A stretch of 64,000 nucleotides of DNA from Octopus vulgaris (taxonomy: Eukaryota), in assembly GCA_951406725.2 (NCBI GenBank), contig OX597819.1:51460001-51524000 (forward strand), in the 5' to 3' direction. The notes beneath the pieces are model-generated. The model was not told the DNA's origin. It did no database searches and saw only the letters and a program-made list of their open reading frames with translations. Both the position numbers and the translations under genes were made by a program. Shown here piece after piece: positions 57,722-64,000 of this stretch. Position 1 is the first letter of the stretch; every line of letters starts with the position of its first letter.

Positions 57722-58028
57722 TGAAAGCGCATGGCTCAGTGGTTAGAGCGTTGGGCTCACAATCATGAGGTAGTGAGTTCGATTTTCAGGCCGGGCTGTG
57801 TTGCAAGACACTTCATTTTCACTAAACTATTGAAATGAGTTTCGATGTAGCTGGTGCCAAGCTGTGTTGGGTTTTGCCTTTCGCATGTATAACATTGTTG
57901 GCGTGGATGGGTGAGGTTGTTATGCATGTGTGACTGCTGGTCTTGCCCAAACTTGTGCTTCGGAGGGGAACTTTCTAGGTGCATCCCATTGTCATTCATG
58001 ACCTAAGGGAGTCTTTACTCTTTACCCT
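57722..58028 (+). mobile_element. tRNA SINE with RTE-like tail
   Basis: Homologous to 42924-43262. Confidence 0.8.
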
Positions 58029-58652
58029 GAATTGTACCATCAAGTATACCTCGGTTTTTCCTGATGTGCATGTTTGCGTGCATGCGCACGCGTGTAGCAA
58101 TTTCTTTTAGCGATGTACAAGTGTGTCTGTATACAACATTAATTTTGCATCGTTGTGTGGTTTGCTTATTGTTTCTGATGTCCTTTTAGTATTTCGTCTG
58201 TTGTATGTGCAGTACGGGTTTGGATCCGTATGTACTGTGAAAGTGATGTTTTGAATCTTTTGTGCTGGACGGTGTTCGTGTAAAATTATGCTGTGTGTGT
58301 ATTTTGTTATATATGATCGAGTGACAGTTAGGTAGAATGGGAGTTTTGTCAGTTGTCGATGTTACAGTGTCGTGTATTGGTTATTTACGGGTATGAGCTG
58401 TGTGATGAATATGTTGAGTGGACGTTGTGCCATATTGCTTGATAATAATTGGTTGGTGTATATGCTAGTCTATTGTTTGGCAGTATTTTCATAGAACATG
58501 TGTTTCCAGAATCATGTTATTTTTATTGGGTGATGCTTGTGTAAGCTGTGTTGTGTGCAGAAAGACAGAGAGAAAAAAGAGAGAGACAGAGACAGCGAGA
58601 GGAGAAAGAGAGACATAGAGAGAGAAAGAGAGTAAGAGAGAGAGAAAGAGAT

Positions 58653-58698
<46 letters not shown>

Positions 58699-59344
58699 AT
58701 ATGGAGTGAGAAAGAGAGAATACTTTTCCATTTCGAAACATAAATAGTCAGAAGAAACACGTGCTAACGATTGGATCGAATATTGCGTAATGTATGGTGT
58801 GACGATATTCGTAATGTGGCTCTTTTTCGGACTATTCGTAGGTTTGTGAGTCATAATACAGCTTTTAAGCTTTGTCCGCAATATCTAGTACCCCATTTGT
58901 TTGGAACGTTTCTACCATCATGCCCAAAATCCCTACATTAACTGCTTCAGGTTTAACCTGGAGAGGAAAGTAAGGATGAAATGTTGGGTACTACGTTCCA
59001 GAAAATTTCCTGAAAGGCAACTAAGAATAAGAATGTTTCGAATGAATGAGCCAACCTTCAGAATGCCTCTGTTGACCAAAGAACTCAACTGGAAGAGCTT
59101 GCACTTAGCAATAAAGAAAGTTCTGCATCTGTCGGCTTCTGTAGTTTGGCCTTTGCGAAATGTGCACCCGTTGTGTTATTTCATTTCATTTTTCTCTAAT
59201 AGTGTTGTCTTTATTTTCATGATTGTTTTCCTATAACGTTATGATATTTACACTGCTTTCGTTATTTGTACATTTAATAGTCCCTCATCCACCGGCCTTG
59301 TAATTGATAAAGTAGTGATTATTAGATATTAGAAACAATTATTA

Positions 59345-59522
59345 CTAATATTGTTGTTTTACTTCTCGGAGTGCTAGATCTTGTTTATTCTGGTAGATTT
59401 TGTGAGAGTGGACAACATCCCGCTGGTAGAGGTCTCAAAGGGTCTCTTTCCGGACATTACAAACATTGATGGTTGGTTGTTAATTAACGTGGGAGACATT
59501 TAACATCCAAGTACCATATTGT
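59345..59522 (-). mobile_element. Probable Dong-like 3' UTR fragment
   Basis: Between TAA tracts; ends ...gagaagtaaaacaacaatattagtaataat, like the 60213 copy. Confidence 0.4.
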
Positions 59523-59529
59523 TATAATG

Positions 59530-59677
<148 letters not shown>

Positions 59678-59718
59678 TTTTTATTATTATCATTATTATT
59701 ACTATTATTACTATAACT

Positions 59719-60204
<486 letters not shown>

Positions 60205-60212
60205 AATATTAT

Positions 60213-60741
60213 TCAGTAGTTTTATTTTTATAGCGTGCTTTCACTTCACTACCGAGCACAGCTCTATGTGCCTTGGGTATGTGCTGTGATTTGTTGTGAT
60301 GCTCTGATGGTTATTGTATGGAAAGTGTTCTGCGTAGGATGTGTGCAGTGCCTAGTAGTGCAATTTTCTGTATGTTATATGTGTTTGTAAGTCCTGGTGT
60401 TTTTGTTATGTATTTGTCTGAATATTTTTTTTATCATGCCTAATGCACCTACTATGATGGGAATTGTTTCTGTTTTCAGATTCCACATTCTGGTTACCTC
60501 TATTTCCAGGTCTTTGTATTTTGAGAGTTTCTCCATTTCTTTTAGAGACACGTTGTCATCAGCCGGTATTGATACATCAATTAGAAAGCATCTTTTTTCT
60601 TCATGATCTCTGACAACTATATCTGGTCTGTTGGCCTTAATTTCTCTATCTGTGTGTATCGGCATATCCCAGAGTATGGTTGCTTTCTCGTTTTCTGTGA
60701 CCTTTTCTGGTGTGTGCCTATACCATCTTTTTTCTGTTGAT
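60213..60741 (-). mobile_element. R4/Dong-like element 3' end with REL endonuclease, in (TAA)n
   Basis: WYRHTPEKVTENEKATILWDMPIHTDREIKANRPDIVVRD...LIDVSIPADDNVSLKEMEKLSKYKDLEIEV...IPIIVGALG...IQKIALLGTAHILRRTL. Confidence 0.92.
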
Positions 60742-60742
60742 A

Positions 60743-60819
<77 letters not shown>

Positions 60820-60837
60820 CATTATTATTATTATTAT

Positions 60838-61362
<525 letters not shown>

Positions 61363-61380
61363 CATGATTATTATTATTAT

Positions 61381-61890
61381 TGAGTGAGTGAAAGATCAGT
61401 GCATGCATCAAAGGGATACATCCATCATGACTACGCGACTGATAAGGGTACACCAGGCACATGCATCACAATCACATGTGCGCGATATAGTGATCTCATA
61501 TCAAGATAGACAGCACATGACTTTGCAAATGGGATATAGTTAGAATTTCCTTCAGATCGAGTAGCCCATCCCGCTCAATATGGCCCTGAATAACGGTTGT
61601 TTAAGGATATTGAACAAAACACCCATGTTTCCAGAGGTGAATTATCCAAACCCCACAAAATTCCTCTCAACACATGCCTATGATGCTCCCCAACTACTTC
61701 TGCTCCTGATCCGAGATGCACATATCGTCAGTCACTAAGAGACATGCTCAACTGGTTACGGTCAAACAACTGACAAGCAAATCTGTGGTATTGAGCAGAA
61801 TACTTGCTGTAGCCCATCTTTCAGACCAAGACAAAACAATGTACATGGTATTAATTCCAATCAGTTAAAATCAAAAGCCATGAGAGCCAT
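61381..61890. mobile_element. Unclassified ~510-bp interspersed repeat flanked by (ATT)n/(CAT)n
   Basis: A second, internally deleted copy lies at about 49075-49220. Confidence 0.7.
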
Positions 61891-61901
61891 TATCATTATC
61901 C

Positions 61902-61956
<55 letters not shown>

Positions 61957-61971
61957 ACTTATTATTATTAT

Positions 61972-62175
61972 AAGGAATCGTTTGCATCCCGGGTGAAGTG
62001 CTTTGCAGTATTTCATCCATTTTTACGTCCTGAATTCAAATTCCGCCCAGCGTCCGACTTTACCTGTCATCTTATCGAGATCGATAAATTAAGTACCATT
62101 GAAACTCTGAAGTCGATGTAATCGACAAGTCTTCTCCTGTCAAATTTCAGGCCTTGTGCCTATAGCAGAAAGGAG
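61972..62175 (+). mobile_element. Meta-core SINE
   Basis: Core plus aaatttcaggccttgtgcctatagcagaaagg tail. Confidence 0.75.
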
Positions 62176-62187
62176 TGTTGTTGTTGG

Positions 62188-62220
<33 letters not shown>

Positions 62221-62222
62221 CA

Positions 62223-62253
<31 letters not shown>

Positions 62254-62270
62254 GCTGCTGTTGTTGTTGC

Positions 62271-62307
<37 letters not shown>

Positions 62308-62632
62308 GCTGTTGATGATGATGATGACAAGGAGGGAGAGGGAGGAGAAGAAGAGGAGGAGGAGGGCCAGGTGTTCCGAGCGGAGATCAATATCTCAAAG
62401 AAACGCCCGAGACCGAAATGATTAAGCAGCAATCACTTTTGATTTTTATCATACCACGCAAATATAAAAGAGACGATATGCCGTCAGCAACAGTGAGGTG
62501 ACCTTAGTAAATATGACACCAGACGTGATTTTAAAAAGTGACAGGATAATGATACGTCCCGCAAATGGCTGCTAATAATGGCTATTTCAGTTTTACCATA
62601 AATTTGCGTTTGCGTGTGTATTCGTATGTGCG

Positions 62633-62701
<69 letters not shown>

Positions 62702-62963
62702 TGTTTGGGGGAGTGTATCATTTCATGCGTTTAGTGTGTTAGATCGTCATTCGGCGAATTGAAGTTGTTTGACAGTAGGTGTCCACGTCAGTGTGCATTT
62801 CTGACTCCATTCAGATGTATTTGTTTGTACGTCTGTTTTTGTGGGAGATCGTGTAACTAATTTAATTTTGTATGTGGTTCAGGAATTATGTCTTTTTGTT
62901 TTTTACTCCGATAGCTAAAACATATACACATTCATTTATACATATATGCACATATACAAACAT

Positions 62964-63004
<41 letters not shown>

Positions 63005-63199
63005 CATACACACATACACACACAGAAACACACACACTCATATATATATTCATACATCTTATATATAGGCATACTCACAAATATAAGAATACATATATTT
63101 GTGTGTGTGTGTGTGTATGTATGTGTGTACACAATCAGATATTTATGTAGAGATATATATGTATATAATTTTTCTTTTCTTTGTTATGCGTTTCAGCCC

Positions 63200-63440
63200 A
63201 AAAGCTTTGGTACTGCCTGTTGCATCAAATGGCATTCTCATGTGGTGATCTTTTGATGAATGAAGGAATCTGGTATTTCTATATCGTGTGAGATTCTTGG
63301 TTCATCAGGGATTTGGAATATAGGTTCATCACTCTAGGGAGTAGAGTTGTAATTCTTTCAGTCGTTCCAGTAACTGTGGTGTTTCATCAATGCAATCTTC
63401 CTGGGGTAGTAACATTTATTGCATCAAGTTCTACCATTAA
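63200..63440 (-). mobile_element. CR1-like LINE remnant
   Basis: LERLKELQLYSLE motif, as in the 11409-12395 element. Confidence 0.45.
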
Positions 63441-63464
63441 ATACCCCACAATTAAATTGATATA

Positions 63465-63980
63465 TGTACTCCCACCCTCAGCCTAACCCATACCCCACCC
63501 TTGCTTTACCCACTCTCGCCACCCCCACCTCCCAACACCATCACACCACTACACCATACACCACCATACCACACAACACATCACAACACACCACCACACA
63601 CACGTCAAGGCCACTTCTCAGACCCATCTTTTCACACCTACACATACACACACGCATACGTCAAGATCACCAGTCCTCTTCCACATGCGCATACAAACTC
63701 TGTTATACACACGCACGCGCACCTTCATTTTGGGATCATGACTACTTTATTATCTCCCCTTCTTCCTAACTCTCCTGTGTGACCCTTCTGTCCGGCATTC
63801 GCCATGATAGATCGCTAGCCACTACACATTCTTTATTTTCTCTCCTTTCTTTCTGTGTTCCTTTCTCGAAATGTTAAAGACTTTTTCAGTTTCCGAGCGT
63901 TATACTAACACATCTGTTTGTTGTCTACACCACCTGTCTTCGTCTTTTGTTGTTTTTTTTGTTTTTTTGTGAATTCTCCC
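63465..63980 (+). mobile_element. Neptune-type PLE 3' UTR/pLTR copy, HHR deleted
   Basis: Colinear with 9830-10330; ttcctttctcgaaatgttaaagac; ends in (TA)n. Confidence 0.85.
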
Positions 63981-64000
63981 TATATATATATATATATATA

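Overview
This is AT-rich, repeat-saturated eukaryotic DNA with no intact protein-coding gene that I can support. It is most likely an intron or gene desert of an octopod cephalopod (Octopus-like), inferred from the SINE families and the extreme microsatellite load. Nearly all ORFs in the supplied track are translations of microsatellites or SINEs. The real content is: (i) at least five tRNA-derived SINE families, often nested; (ii) decayed DNA transposons (DD37D/maT, mariner, hAT, a Tc1-type MITE); (iii) LINE remnants (CR1-like, R4/Dong-like REL elements stacked in (TAA)n, and an L1/Tx1-like ORF1-only element); (iv) many Penelope-like element (PLE) remnants with GIY-YIG fragments, fold-back ends and minimal type-I hammerhead ribozyme (HHR) motifs, mostly sitting in (TA)n tracts. 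The most notable observations are a tRNA-headed SINE whose tail is a PLE-type hammerhead (34446-34728), a hammerhead with an intact core inside a fold-back element (12667-12725), and an ORF1-only retroelement whose 3' tail matches that of a local SINE subfamily (29945-31078). All family assignments come from motif recognition by eye, not database searches, and element boundaries are approximate.
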